From Mobula hypostoma (taxonomy: Eukaryota): DNA of 64,000 nucleotides. Below are positions 1 to 13,049 of the stretch, one piece after another; within the stretch, counting starts at the first letter, position 1; every line of letters starts with the position of its first letter. A program made the position numbers and the translations under genes. The stretch is taken from NCBI RefSeq assembly GCF_963921235.1, contig NC_086097.1, positions 59,274,001 to 59,338,000 on the forward strand. The letters run 5' to 3'. The notes under the pieces are model-generated. The model made no database searches. It worked only from the letters and a program-made list of their open reading frames with translations, and was not told the DNA's origin.

Positions 1-1025
1 TTATCAGTTTTTTCATCCACAGTACTTAGCTTAGTGCTCTGTTGGAAACTGCAACTTGACTTTTTATTGTTTTCTCTTCCGCATGTAGCCCATTTATGTT
101 TGTCCGCCTGTCATGCTCTTTGTATGTGACCAACTTTGCTGCATTCTCTGCACAGTCCTTCTTTAAATCTCCATTGGTCTGGTGTATGTGAGCCCCTGCC
201 ACAATGGCGACGCAATTTGTTCAGCTAAGCTGGTTTCTGTTTTGACCAGGGCTTCACAATCTGGGTCCATGGATCCCTCTGTTAATGGTAAAGCTCCATG
301 ATAGAGGTTGGGAACTCCTGCTTTAGATATTGCAATTTTGCTCACGCTCACTTTCATTATCGTGCTTCAGTTAGGAGCCATTTTTGAATGCTTTCCTGTG
401 AGATTCCACAAACTAAACAATCTCTCAGTGCATCATGAAACCCATTATCGAACTGACAATGCTCAATCTCCTCAATTCAGCCGTGTATGCTGAAATGGAC
501 TCCCCTTCATTTTAATTCCAATTATGAAACATAAAACATTCTGCAATCAATAATGGTTGCGGTTCTAAATGTTACTGAATTGCCTTCATGGTATCAGCAA
601 AGTTCATAGCTCTTTTGTTTGCAGCTGTTAAACTTCAAAGCAAACTGCATGCCTTTAAATCCAATGCACATAGCAAAATTGACACTCACTTTTCATTGGC
701 CATTTCATTTGCTTCAAAATGCTCCTCAATTCACACAGTATACAATATCCAGATCTCTTGTGCTCCTTTTTAAAATTTGTGATTATTATTACCTGGTACA
801 CATTGCTTACGAACCCATGAATCTGTCTGTTTTTGTGCCTTTTTTTATACACAAATGTCTCATTCCTTCTGACAAAAACATGTTGCAAATTTTTTTAAAC
901 TCAAGTATCTCATTGTGCTCTTTTAACTCGAATGCTTCGCCGCACTTTTTACAACTGGAAAGTCTCGCTGTGTTTCAACAGGTAGGTAGCCATCTCTCAT
1001 TCATTTAAAACTTCCTCCTCATCAC
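1..1025 (-). mobile_element. Gypsy (Mag-like) LTR retrotransposon, degenerate gag/leader; runs off the window start
   Basis: Reverse complement aligns by eye with 13346-14300 (MKVSVSKIAI vs MKVSVNKIAI; knuckle remnant RFKEGLCRECSKVGHIQRA). Multiple stops. Confidence 0.85.
247..320. mobile_element. ~74 bp hAT/Charlie-like MITE inserted in Gypsy gag
   Basis: Termini CAGGGCTTCACAA...TTGGGAACTCCTG form imperfect TIRs. Degenerate 8 bp TSD GTTTTGAC/CTTTAGAT. The segment is absent from the paralogous gag near 14055. Confidence 0.7.
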
Positions 1026-1593
1026 AGTTATGCTTTGTAACTCCAAAATATAGAAACTAATTGAAATAAGAAGACAGAGCCGGGAATGCGTGTACGTTAG
1101 TTTCGTTTTTACTTTAACGAGACATGTCCAGAACGAGGGGTCACAGTTTGAGGATAGAGGGGAAGCCTCTTAGGACCGAGATTAGGAAAAACTTCTTCAC
1201 ACAGAGAGTGGTGAATCTGTGGAATTCTCTGCCACAGCAAACTGTTGAGGCCAGTTCATTGGCTATGTTTAAGAGGGAGTTAGATATGGCCCTTGTGGCT
1301 ACGGGGGTCAGGGGGTATGGAGGGAAGGCTGGGGCGGGGTTCTGAGTTGGATGATCAGCCATGATCACAATAAATGGCGGTGCAGGCTCGAAGGGCCGAA
1401 TGGCCTACTCCTGCACCTATTTTCTATGTGTCTATGTTTCTATGTACATATGATGTGTTGGAATAATGGCCGATGCTATTCACATACTTTTACATATAAC
1501 CCACAATTAATTATTTAAACAAATAAGAATGCTTAAAGAAACCAAATATTTTCAATATTACTCAAATATTACTGAAATATTAAATACACTACA
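1026..1593 (-). mobile_element. 5' LTR of the first Gypsy copy, split by a CR1 insertion
   Basis: Minus strand begins TGTAGTGTATTTAATATTTCAGTAATATTTGAGTAA, matching the LTR at 16974, and ends GGAGTTACAAAGCATAAC like 13328-13345. Confidence 0.85.
1126..1445 (+). mobile_element. Young 5'-truncated CR1 LINE 3' end
   Basis: SRTRGHSLRIEGKPLRTEIRKNFFTQRVVNLWNSLP C-terminus, 3' UTR and (TTTCTATG)n tail. Possible ACAT TSD. Near-identical to 29137-29457. Confidence 0.95.
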
Positions 1594-1637
1594 GTGGGGA
1601 GGGCTTTGCCTGTAATATCTTGAGTAATTCTGAGTAG

Positions 1638-3905
1638 TCAAAGTTCAAAGTAAATTTTATTATCAGAGTGCATACGTGTCACCACATTCAACCCTGAGAT
1701 TCATTTTCCTGCGGGCATACTCAGCAAATCTATAGAATAGTAACTATAACAGGATCAATGAAAGATCAACCGGAGTGCAGAAAACACCAAACTGTGCAAA
1801 TACAAGTATAAATAAATAGCAATAAATAATGAGAACATGGAATAACAAGATAATGAGTCCTTAAAGTGGGATCAGTGTTTGTGGGAACAACTCAATGGAT
1901 GGGTAAGTGAGTGCAGTTATCCCTTGTTGTTCAAGGGCCTGATGGTTGTGGGATAGGAACTGTCCTTGAACCTGGTGGTGGTAGTCGCAAGGCTCTTGTC
2001 CCTTCTACCTGATGGCAGCAGCGAGAGAAGTGCATGGCCTGGGTGGTGAAGATCTCTGATAGTGGATCCTGCTTTGCTGCCACAGTGTTTCATGTAGATG
2101 TGCTCAATAGTTGGGAGGGTTTTACCTGTATCCACTATCTTTTGTAGGATTTTCCATTCTAAGGCATTGGTATTTCCATACCAGGTCATGATAAAGTCAG
2201 TCAATGCAGTGTCCACTACACATCTATAGAAGTTTGTCTAAGTTTTTGATGTTATGCCGAATTTTCAGAGATGCCCACGGAAGTAAAGCCACTGCTGTGC
2301 TTTCTTCGCAATTGCATTTATGTTCTGGGTCCAGGACACATCCTCTGAAATAGTAACACCCAGGAATTTACAGTTGTTAACCCCCCCCCCCCCCACCTCT
2401 GATCCTCCAATGAAGACGACCTCTGGTTTCCCTCTCCTAAAGTCTTCAATCAATTCCTTGGGTCTTGCTGACATTGAGTGAGAGGGTGTTATTATGACAC
2501 AACTCAGCTAAATTTTCAGTCTCCCTCCTGTATGCTGATTTATCATCACCTTTGATACCAGTGGTGTCATCAGCAAACTTGAATATGGTATTGGAGCTGT
2601 GCTTAGCTACACAATCACAAGTGTAAAATGAGTAGAGCAGAGGGCAAAGCAGACAGCCTTATGGTGCACCTGTGCTGATGGAGATATTGTTACCAATCTG
2701 AACTGACTGCGGTCTGCAAATGAGGAAATCCAGGATTCAATTGCACAAGGAGGTATTGTGGTCAAGGTCTTGGAGCTTAATGATTAGTTTTGAGGATGAT
2801 GGTATTAAATGCTGAGCTGTAATCGATAAAGAGCATCCTGATATATGCATCTCTGCTGTTCAGATGTTCCAGGGTTGTGTGAAGAGCCAATAAGGTGGTA
2901 TCTGCTGTGGACCTATTGATCCTATAGGCAAATTGGAGTGGATCCAAGTACGTCTCAGGCAGGAGTTGATATGTTTCATCACCATCCTCTCAAAACACTT
3001 AATCACTGTGGATATAAGTGCAACTGGATGATAATCATTCTTGGGCACTGGTGTAATTGAAGCAGCTGTGTACCACTTTGCTGAATTATGTGGTTAAAGA
3101 TATCAGTGAACACACCAGCCAATTGGTTAGCACAGGTCTTTAGTACATGGCCAGATAGCCCGTCCATTCTGTGTGGTTTCCTTGGATTCACCATCCTGAA
3201 GAGAGCCCATGCATTAGCTTCAGATACTGAGTTCAAAAGATCATTGTGAAATTTGGGGGTGTGCAATGGTTCCTCCATAATCTGATGGTCAAAGTGATCA
3301 CAGAAGGCATTGAGCTCATCTGGAAGTGAAGCCCTACTATCCCCCATGTTGCTTGATTTAATTTAGCAGGAGTTCATAGCATTCAAATCCTGCCACAGCT
3401 GTTGAGCATCCCTTGTTGATTCCACTTTGGTTCAGAATCTCTACTATGCCCATAAGATGACTTTCTGGAGATCATACCTGCACCTTCTGTAGCATTCTTG
3501 GTCTCCGGACTTGATTGCCTCTGATCTGGCTCTCAGCAAATTTCAGATTTCATGGTTCATCCAGGGCTTCTGATTGGGGAAGACTGCGTGATTTAGTTGG
3601 GGGATTGTCACTTACAGCTGTTTTAATAAAGTCCGTTGCAACCCTGCTGCATTCATTCAGACCTCTAGATGAGTGCTCTAGAAGAACACAGCCCAATATT
3701 CTGGCTCAAAGCAATCCTGTAATTGTTCTTCTGCCTCCATTGCCACCTCTTAATTGTCCTAATCTCTGGAGCCTTGCTTTTTAGGTTTTGCCTGTATACA
3801 GGTAGGAGGAGGACAGCCAAGTGACCTGATTTACCAAAATGTGGTCTTGTAAAGGAACAGAGGTATTTCTTATCTTTGTGTAGAGGCCTGGTTGAAGTCT
3901 CCAAC
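1638..3905 (-). mobile_element. Rex1/Babar-clade LINE, degenerate and 5'-truncated
   Basis: Fragments [90 protein letters not shown]. Tail (TTTGAAC)n. Confidence 0.9.
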
Positions 3906-5949
3906 TAAAAATTGTTAGTGTCGCAATGGGCTGTCAGGATAGTCCCTGAATCCACCCTGAGTAGTTATACTAATAAAGTAAGACAGTTCAGGAACTGCAT
4001 TGGGAACATAGTGGGTAGAAATTTGTGTCTCAGACTATCACATTTGCAAGACAAATCTTGAAGTACTTCAATTCACAGTGGCAGAAGCAACCTAGGGCAC
4101 AAAAATGAGGAATTTTTGATCAGTTGACTCTTGAGGACAATCACACACCAGAGAAAAGGGTGCAACAGCAATATCCTCATCAGGACTCTAGAAGTCTTTC
4201 TGACCCACTAGTGCATGGACATGTGACTTGCTGAAGGAGGATGTCACCAGAGGAAAGTAAGTGAATGGTAAAATGAATCAGCCTTGATCAGCGACTATGG
4301 AAGTGCTAGTGAATTTACATATATCCATCTGTACAACATGTTCAAAGCACCTGATTATTGTGGGGATACAGAGAAAAACTGTGAGAGGGGTAATTTTATT
4401 GACTGTGTGAATGAAGAGTTTGCAAAAGCAAAGGTGAAGAAAAGGTATTCTGTTGGTCAGGCAATTCTACAATTAAGGTATTTGCAGATTCGGTCAAGAG
4501 TCACAAAGGAAGCATGGTGCCAGGATGAAAACATCTAAAGATGGATTGAAAAGAAACTCAGAAAGGTGGGATTCAAGCTAACAAAGTCTGAAGAATTAGA
4601 CAGTAGCTTGACAAGTAGGACCTAAAGCCTAGCCCTGGCACTGGGTGCAATGCATCTGCAAAGTCATTCTGTGTTTAAGACACGTTCTATTTCAGGGGTG
4701 ATTGACAGCAGTAACGGGACATGAAGGAAGCCAGGAATCTAATGACATGGGGCGGGGGGGGGGAGGTGGAGGTTGAAATACGACCATTACAGAATGAGGA
4801 TAAGAAGGTGAAAGCAACCATTGAGAGATACTAGGGTAGCACAAATGATCAAACATCGGAGAAACTCAGATCATAAAGTTCTATATTGGAGTAACTCAGA
4901 ACAGAAAGGTAAAATAATCATTAAAACCAAAATGGTAGAATTATTAAATTTAATAATAATAATTTAATTTAAAGCACTGATGTTCCAGCATACACAATAA
5001 TTACAACAAGCTGTAAGAACAGGAAGTAATAATTTGTGTAGATGGCAATTACATATTGTATAGTGCAATACAATTAGGAATGAGGGCAAGAAGCTGATCT
5101 AAGTGAAGCACATAACGTCTGTAGCCAAGAAAGGATGCAATTGACAGCAAGATAAATATAAACCAAGTTTTTTAATAAAGAAAGATACATCATCCTGAAT
5201 GACACTCTATGGGTACCCATAGAGGACATCCCATGTCCTTACAGTTACAGCGAACTTTGTGAATAAGTATATGGGTTGCTAGGAGAAAATGACATAAAGT
5301 TTATCAGAGTTAGATTTGAATTTTTAACACAACTTTATAGCATACACAAAATGTCTATGCAATAGATATGCAGAAAAATAGTAGAATCTCTGTTTTCCTC
5401 TGGGTGGAAATAAAATCTCTTAAAATCTCACTCTGCAGAAAAGGGAAGCAATGTTTGCAGTTTTTTTTTTACAGATCTCTAGACATGCACTCTACTCACC
5501 CTCCTAGATGATGTTTTATGCCCAGAAATCAGAAGGTCCCTACAAAACACTAACACGTTTATTATTCAAGACGTAAGTTGTTGTCTTGATTTCATTGTCT
5601 CTTTTTTATATTTCACAATTACTATGGTTATTTTGTGTCAAATATAGTGATAAAGATAGAATATTGGACCCTAACTTTGCTCAGGTGCAAACATCCGTCC
5701 TATATCGGTATCCCATTATTAATTTTATGCCAGTACAATACAGACTTGTACTCATCCATGCATGTAGTTCCAGGTTTAATCTCATTCAATGTATTTTTCT
5801 AGTCCAATAGGAAGGAAGCAGCACTGGATTTGGCTTTGAGAAGTTAAGTAGGACTAGCATAATGCACAAGCTATCAGTGACTACAACATGACTCGGCTTA
5901 ATGTAATTCTGGAAAGGGTACAGTTATCTTAGAAGATCCAAGGTAAAAA

Positions 5950-7240
5950 TGCTTAGCTGTAGAAGAGCTAATGTCAGTGATTTAAATAAGGCCCTGACAG
6001 AGACTTATTGGAAAAGCTGATTACAGAAATAAAGCAGTAGTGGCAACGAAGGACATGAATACAGAGAGTGTAACTCAGGTGCAAGCTAATCATTCTGTAT
6101 TGTAGCTGAAGGTGCAGCATTCCATATTAATGCACCCTGTAAGTAGAAGTTAAAATAAAATAGTTCGTAAGAAATGTTCGGAGCAAGATTCCATTAGCGA
6201 GCAAGGAAATTATGAAGAATACAGATAGGAATTGAGAAAACAGATTAATAGCAAGCATTAAACAGAAATGCAATAACTTATAAATATGTCTTCGTGAAGA
6301 GAATCTTTGGAATTGTTAGTGAGGAAGCTCTTCAAGTGGTGGCAGAGAAAGCAGCTAAATTATTACTTAAGCACTTTGCATGTCTTCACAATAGAAATTA
6401 ATAATAGGGAAAGCAACACTAAAATTGAAAATAGAAACTATGAAAAGGATCAAAGTAATCAAAGACACATTATCAAGTTTATAAGCACTGGAATTGTGAT
6501 TGATTGCTTGGCCCTTATGGAACACATCCGTGGTTGCTGAAAGAAATAAAAGCATTAGGTAAACGATCGTTTTTACTTCATTGAATGGACTGTGCACTGG
6601 GCATCATCTTTCAGTTCTCAGTGAACACAGGACTAATGAATGAGGACTGGAGGAATGCTGGTACTATTCACTTCAGGATAGAGCAGAGTGATAAGCAACG
6701 GACCATTTATTAATTTTTAGTGGACAAGTTATTGAAACTCATCACCTGAGATGAAATGAATGTTCATTATGAGAGGCACAGTGAATGAGCATTGAGTTTT
6801 TAAAGTCATGATTAATTTTATTGAGTATTTTGATGAAGTGCAGGGAAGATCAATCAAATAGAGTTATCAATGCAATTGGATTCTATGAAATTTTACCAAG
6901 TATTCGACAAGTGCCACAGAAGCTTATAAAGGAAACATAAGATGGGCATATAATCACTATAGCTTGGGAGCCTAGAACTAGGGCTACCCACTTGAATGAA
7001 TGTACCTTGTGCGAAGAGATTAAGTTTCTTACCCTGAAGTTTGGAAATTCTTGGAATTCTCTATCCCAGAGGATTTGATATTCACTTTTTGAGCACCTCA
7101 AGATAGTTAGGTTTCTTGAATACAATAGAAATCAGAGCATATGGAGATAGCTTGTAAAGTTGGATCAGGTTGAGCCTATTGAAGAGCAGGGTTGGCGATC
7201 CACATGAGCTACTGTTCCTATTTGTTGTGTTGTAATGTAC
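5950..7240 (+). mobile_element. Ancient CR1 ORF2/3' end remnant
   Basis: Scattered CR1 motifs: GAGGACTGGAGGAATGCT (EDWRNA), TTCGACAAGTGCCACA (FDKVPH-like), TGGAATTCTCTA (WNSL), CR1-like 3' UTR. No ORF. Confidence 0.6.
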
Positions 7241-8027
7241 TCAGGTGGAAACCAATGGAACTAGACAGAATTAGCCTGTGTGATATACAATCCAGCTGGC
7301 AGAAAGAATGGTGGTGTAGGCAATAAAACAGTTTACAGTGGTGTTCTCTTCAACTCCTTTTGGGATCTACTGCTTTTTGGCATTTTCCGAATGTCCCAGA
7401 CTTGTTGCACAGAGCAGACGTATTGGACCTTGGCAAAATTATCAATCAAAATGAATGAGAAATTTGAAATGCAACTTACTTAGGAGAGCAAATCAAGTTT
7501 AGATAGTCTATTTTGTTTGTTTAAAAACATCATATTATAGGTAGGCCCAATCACATATACTGTAATTATATCTCCCCATATCAAATAAATCAATATTGTG
7601 GGTTTCCTCTATCTGCACCAACTTGGAATCTTAAAGGATGGTCTTCAAATTAAGCTATTTTAATATATAAGAGTATTACGAGATAGCTTTTTGAAAGGTT
7701 TTACTCTTAAATTTGCTGTATCAGATTACTATCCTCGGATGCAATCTGTAAGTGATGCATTCATTTTCGCTTTGACTTATATTTACTCAAAAATGGACCA
7801 ACATTCATTTAGTAGATTCAATGAAAAGTATTTAACTTTGGTAATAAGCCCATAAGATGGCAACTAGTATTCTTAAAAATGTCAAGGAATATGAAAGCAA
7901 ATCTAAAAATATTTAAAATATATCACCCAAAAGAATCGTCTCATGGAAGACTTGGCCTGGTGATATATAAATGAATTTGAGCACATAAGTGACAATATAA
8001 CAACAAAAAACATTTAATGCAAATATA

Positions 8028-8248
8028 AACATGAGGAAGCCTGCAGTCGCAGGAAATCCAGAGCAACACACACAAAATGCTTGAGGAACCCAGCAGGCCA
8101 GACAGCATCTATGGAAATGAACAACAGCCTGATGTCTCAGGCCAAGGAAGTCCTGAGAATGTTTCTTGGCCCAAGGCATCAACTGTTTGTTCATTTCCAT
8201 GTATGTTGCCTGGCCAGCGGCATTCCTCCAGCATTTTATATGTGTTGT
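8028..8248. mobile_element. Penelope-terminus foldback element
   Basis: Two inverted arms homologous to the PLE end at 25967-26105. TSD ATTTAATGCAAAT at 8012-8024 and 8249-8261. Confidence 0.85.
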
Positions 8249-8439
8249 ATTTAATGCAAATGTAGTTTAGAGCACAATATGTTCCTAAAGCTCTATAGTA
8301 CCCTAAATGGAAATTCTGCCAGAAGATTTTAATTTATATACTATCATCAATCAGTTTTCTATTTAGTGATTTTGTGATTTTTATAAAATTGAAGTATTTG
8401 AAAGCAATTTTATTTTCCCCCTCCTGATGATCAAAGATT

Positions 8440-8685
8440 AACTGTGTTCTGCACCTTGGGTGTAACTGCCTCCCTGAATGTCCTGTTTTCCGAAAGCTCA
8501 ACTGCCCAAATGATCTGGAGTTCATCCATTTCCAGCTCCAATTCCTTAATGCAGTCTGAAAGAAACTACAGCTGGATGCACTTCCTGCAGGTGAAGTCAT
8601 TAGGGATACTGGAGGTCTCCGTTCCTTCCCGCATCCCACTAGAGGAGCAGTCAACTCTCCTGCCCAGAATTCCCACTGTTCTAAA
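8440..8685 (-). mobile_element. CR1 ORF1 N-terminal zinc-finger fragment
   Basis: RRVDCSSSGMRE...NDFTCRKCIQL; homologous to 36310-36540. Confidence 0.8.
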
Positions 8686-8687
8686 AA

Positions 8688-9352
8688 TGACCATAAGACC
8701 AGAAGAGATAGGAGCAGAAGTAGGCCATTTGGCCCGTCGAGGCAAATCCACTATTCAATCATAGGCTGAACCAATTCTTCCAGTCATCCCCACTCCCTTG
8801 CCTTCACCCCATACCCTTTGATGCCCTTGCTGATCAAGAACCTATCTATCCCTGCTTTAAATACACCCAATGACTTGGCCTCCACAAGCCACTTCTGGTA
8901 ACAAATTCCACAGATTTACCACCCTCTGACTAAAGTAATTTCTCTGTATCTCAGTTCTAAAAGGACGTCCTTCAATCCTGAAGTCATGCCTTCTTGTCCT
9001 AGAGTCCCCTACCTTGGGAAGTAACTTTGCCATATCTAATCTGTTCAGGCCTTTTAACATTCAGAATGTTTCTATGAGATCCCCCTTCATTCTCCTGAAC
9101 TCCTGGGAATACAGCCCAAGAGCTGCCAGACATTCCTCATATGGTAACCCTTTCATTCCTGGAATCATTCTTGTGAATCTTCTCTGAACCCTCTCCAATG
9201 TCAGTATATCCTTTCAAAAATAAGGAGCCCAAAACTGCACACAATACTCCAAGTGTGGTCTCATGAGTGCCTTATAGAGCCCCAATATCACATCCCTGCT
9301 CTTATATTCTATACCTCTAGAAATGAATGCCAAACTGCGTTCACCTTCTTCA
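8688..9352 (-). mobile_element. CR1 3' fragment
   Basis: LKGLNRLD...RTRRHDFRIEGRPFRTEIQRNYFSQRVVNLWN and a (TCTTATGG)-type tail. Confidence 0.92.
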
Positions 9353-9355
9353 CAA

Positions 9356-9883
9356 CAGCGGTGTCGAGACTAGCGCATAATTTGGACTTAAGTGAGGGAG
9401 AGTTGCTCAGCATCAGCCTCACTCTGTCTTCCCAATTCCCATCTGGATCCAGTGGCAAGACAGGAATAGAGATGACTGGAGATGGGACTTGGAGCAGTGG
9501 ATGACCAGGATGTCTACTATGTCTTGTCCTGCTCTACACGTTCCACAACGCTTGCAGAGACCGCCTTCTTGACCGTTGGACCTTCCATTGGTCTCGTTCG
9601 CTCAATCCGCCAGAGTCTGTCTTCACATGCTGGGATAGACAACTCCCTATCACACCGAGGGTTTGAGACCCGTTGGCTACCCTCACCTGGTTTAGCCGGT
9701 TTGTCGAAGCCGTTGCCCGGGGTGTGGCCACTGTCGCATGCAAACAGCTACAGGGAGCCACAGGTGAGAGCTGAGTGCCAGGTGGGGACCAAAGGTGGGC
9801 TAACCGCCTTGAAAAGGACGCGACATGGTCCCCCACCAGGGGTGCTACCCCCTCCCTGACACCCCATACACCCTGCACAGTAT
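9356..9883 (-). mobile_element. GC-rich non-autonomous element, probably RTE-derived (5' UTR plus 3' end)
   Basis: Sharp GC-rich island without RT motifs. Minus strand starts GGGTGTATGGGGTGTCAGGGAGG and contains GCTAAACCAGGTGAGGGTAGCC, resembling RTE 5' UTRs from memory. Confidence 0.55.
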
Positions 9884-10471
9884 GAAAGAAAGAAAGAGTC
9901 GTTAAGGGAATGTGCTGGTATTTCTTTAACAAATTTGAGTAGGAAGCCAGTGAATATCATTGTACAAGCTATGTGCATGTGTCTGCAGAGATACCCTGCA
10001 AGATATATGATCAGCATCTAAAGTATATGAGAATTATGAAGTGAAGAAAAGCAGTTGAAAGTTACTCAACAGAAGCTTGTGGAATTCAGATCCACTTTAT
10101 TATCATCTGGGAACACAATTATCCTGAAGCACAACTACAAAGGCAAGCAAACAGGTTCTTATGATTTGTGGTATTCAAAGTGACCATTACAAAGATCACA
10201 ATATTGTATGATTCACATACGATCACAGGTGTTCATCCTTCAAACCTTCAAAATAACCATTTAATGTCAATGAACCCAGAATGGAAAATCTCAGGGTTGT
10301 TGAAAATAGTTGATCAAATCCTATGTAAGGGGTCTCTTCTTTTATGTTACTGCAAAGACTAATAAAATTGCTTCTTTGTTATGTTAACTGCTGAGAAAGT
10401 GCTTCACTCTTGCAGCTTGTTTGGGTTATAATTACTGATAAGAGAATTGTATTCATTTGCTAACCAATTGG

Positions 10472-11005
10472 GGTAGATGTTATTCTTTCTTGTGTGTCTG
10501 TAAGCTATTGTTTTCGAGGGCTTTGGGGTAGAAGGCATGAGAGAGGAGACATGATGCTGTAAGCTGGCCAATGGAACAGACCCTGAGCGGGAGTCCGAGG
10601 CCCAGGGTCTTCGGCGAGGAGAGGAGATGAAGACAGTCTCATATAGAGCGTCTGGCCGACCACCGTGGTTGGTCCTAGGTGGTGGGTCGAGGAGATCGGA
10701 GGGGATCGAATGGTGGAAAGAAGACTCCATTAATTGAGCTCCAACTGTTGTGCACAAAGTGGTTGAACTTTGATAAGTTTGGAACCTTTTACTTTTCCTT
10801 TTATACTTTATTAATTACATAGCTCCAGTAAGATCTATAAAGTGTAATCATTTAATCGCAAATGGTGTATTGTCTGTTATTTGGCAGGGTGGGGTACACC
10901 ACACAGCGTCCACACAAACTTGATTACCCAGATTGGTGGGGCCGAAGGCTGCTCCCCCTACACGAAAGTGAGCTGAGTGAGCCTGAGGCTTACCGGGGGG
11001 CTGCA
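10472..11005 (+). mobile_element. Probable solo LTR (~530 bp)
   Basis: GC-richer block starting GGTAGATG (degenerate TGTAG) and ending GGGGGGCTGCA. Flanks ATTGG/ACTAG fit a decayed 5 bp TSD. No coding motifs. Confidence 0.55.
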
Positions 11006-13049
11006 ACTAGTTGTTATAACACTCATTGCCCTCATATGCAGCATCATTTGGGATTATCCACTGCATGCACAGAAGAAACTCACATGATCTAAAGTAATAA
11101 TAAATTAACATCAGGTGGAATCCATTTCTAACTGCGGGCAGTGCATTTTCTTTTTAACAAGTGTTTATTTCCCATTTAAGATTGCACTTAGCTCTCAGCA
11201 TGTTCAGAATCTCTGGTGTCTCAATCATTAAATTTAGTTTTGTTTACACTGTGCTCAGCAGTGAGTCTGTATAATTAATTTCTGGTTCAAACACTTGCAC
11301 TTCTGGGAACTTAATGTGATTCTTGACTCTGACTATTTGATGCACTGTGGTGGGAGATTCTGAGGTACAAGTGCCACATCTTGCCTGTTGCATCTGTGTA
11401 GTGATTTGAATGAAGAGGTATAATTCCAAAAGAAGCTGTAAACTGTTCAGGGCAGGAATCAAGGAAAAAATGCCTTCAATAGAGTATAATAAGTCTTTAA
11501 TATTCACCTCCCAAAAAGGTGAAACCATTTAGTATGTTCAAAATAGAGAACTACAAATATTAAGGAAATCAGTGTTGAGTGCAATAAAGATAAGAGATTA
11601 TCCAAGATCTTATAAAAGTGCAGTGCACACCATGAGAAGTCAAAAGGCCTGCTTTGATTTCTTATGCTTTTATATTATCTCAGCACACTAATTACTAACC
11701 AAGTCATTCGGTAGAAACATATCTCTTCTCCCATATAAGCATTAAATATTAAAAGCAAGGATGTCAACAGTTAAAAATTAATATGTTCTTTATTTATATT
11801 TTTTCCATTTTTCCCTTCTGTTCCCCTTCTTCTATCGAAACAATATTCCTATTGCGAGTCACTTGGTGATCTTCTTATGTACAACTTTCTAGTTCAAACT
11901 ACAAGTGGATTTGGAAACCCAAATGGAAAACCTCGCAAATTAAAAAATACTACCTGAGATGAATTAACCCAGCAAAGCTTCCATGACAACATCAAGAAAA
12001 AACTTAAATTATTTAATAAGAGTTTATTAAATTCTCAGATGTGGTTTCTGCCTAGAAATAATATCTCTCACTTGCAATGAACACAAGGTATGCCACATTT
12101 TATATTTTGATAATTTAGCAGGAATAATATCAAAAATATCTAATTATTCTATCTCTCTCAACTTGCTGTATTCATGGCTTGTATGAATATTTATATATGG
12201 CATAAGCTGAATGCTAGCTTAAAAGAGTATTTTCCGGCCTCTTGGTTACAACTGATGAACTTCTCTTGATTTGGATAATGAAAAGCACATTGGAATAAGC
12301 AATATGAAATGTATAGTAACTGCAGTCAAGAAAATTCATTTAGCAGCAGGAAAATTGAAGTGGTTTAGAATGAGATCACTGACCACTCTTTAGCTATATC
12401 TATTTAGTTTGTGTTTATCAGTTTGATACTCAGGAGTTGAAATTGATTCTTGTAGTTGAACTATTCAGGAAACTGAAGATTAAGAATGAAGCCCTGGGAG
12501 TCAAAAGAAAGCAAATTAAACAGTTGAAATTTTCTTATTCCCAGCATCATGACATAAATTCTGATGATGTTTCTGAATTTGTTCTGTTTCATTAAGGAAT
12601 CAGAACTCCAAAATGTTCACACAATTTTAAAAGTTCCTTTATCTTTTACATTTAAAAGCTATTCTGCATTTCTGTTCAGTTGTTTGGTATTCTACCTTCC
12701 AAAATGAATATTAGTCTGTTGGAGCATCATGGACTAATGGACTATGCAGTATTTCATACCTCATAGGACTCTGTTCTAACTTCTCAACTTTTCACATAAG
12801 TAACATAATTTATGTAAAATTAATTTTAAATGTTAAGGACTGTATATCAGTAGATGTTATAAAGAATTATAAAGTGCAGTCTTGTTCTGGCCATTCCCCT
12901 CAACAACATGCATGCTTCGGTAGGACTAGAGAGCAGCAGGGATCACAGCAGGGGAGCAGTGAGCGAGGGTTTCACTGAACTCCTGTCGAAGGGAAGATTT
13001 AAACTTCTTCAGAGTAGGCATTGGACAGCAGCAGGGATCACAGCTCTCT

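Noticed and set aside
7330..7430. Minus-strand peptide ...VWDIRKMPK... resembling a WD40 end
   Set aside because: Weak acceptor, stop after ~31 codons, no supporting neighbouring exons.
12430..12525. Strong minus-strand splice acceptor (TTTCTTTTGACTCCCAG)
   Set aside because: All three frames close within ~21 codons and there is no good donor.
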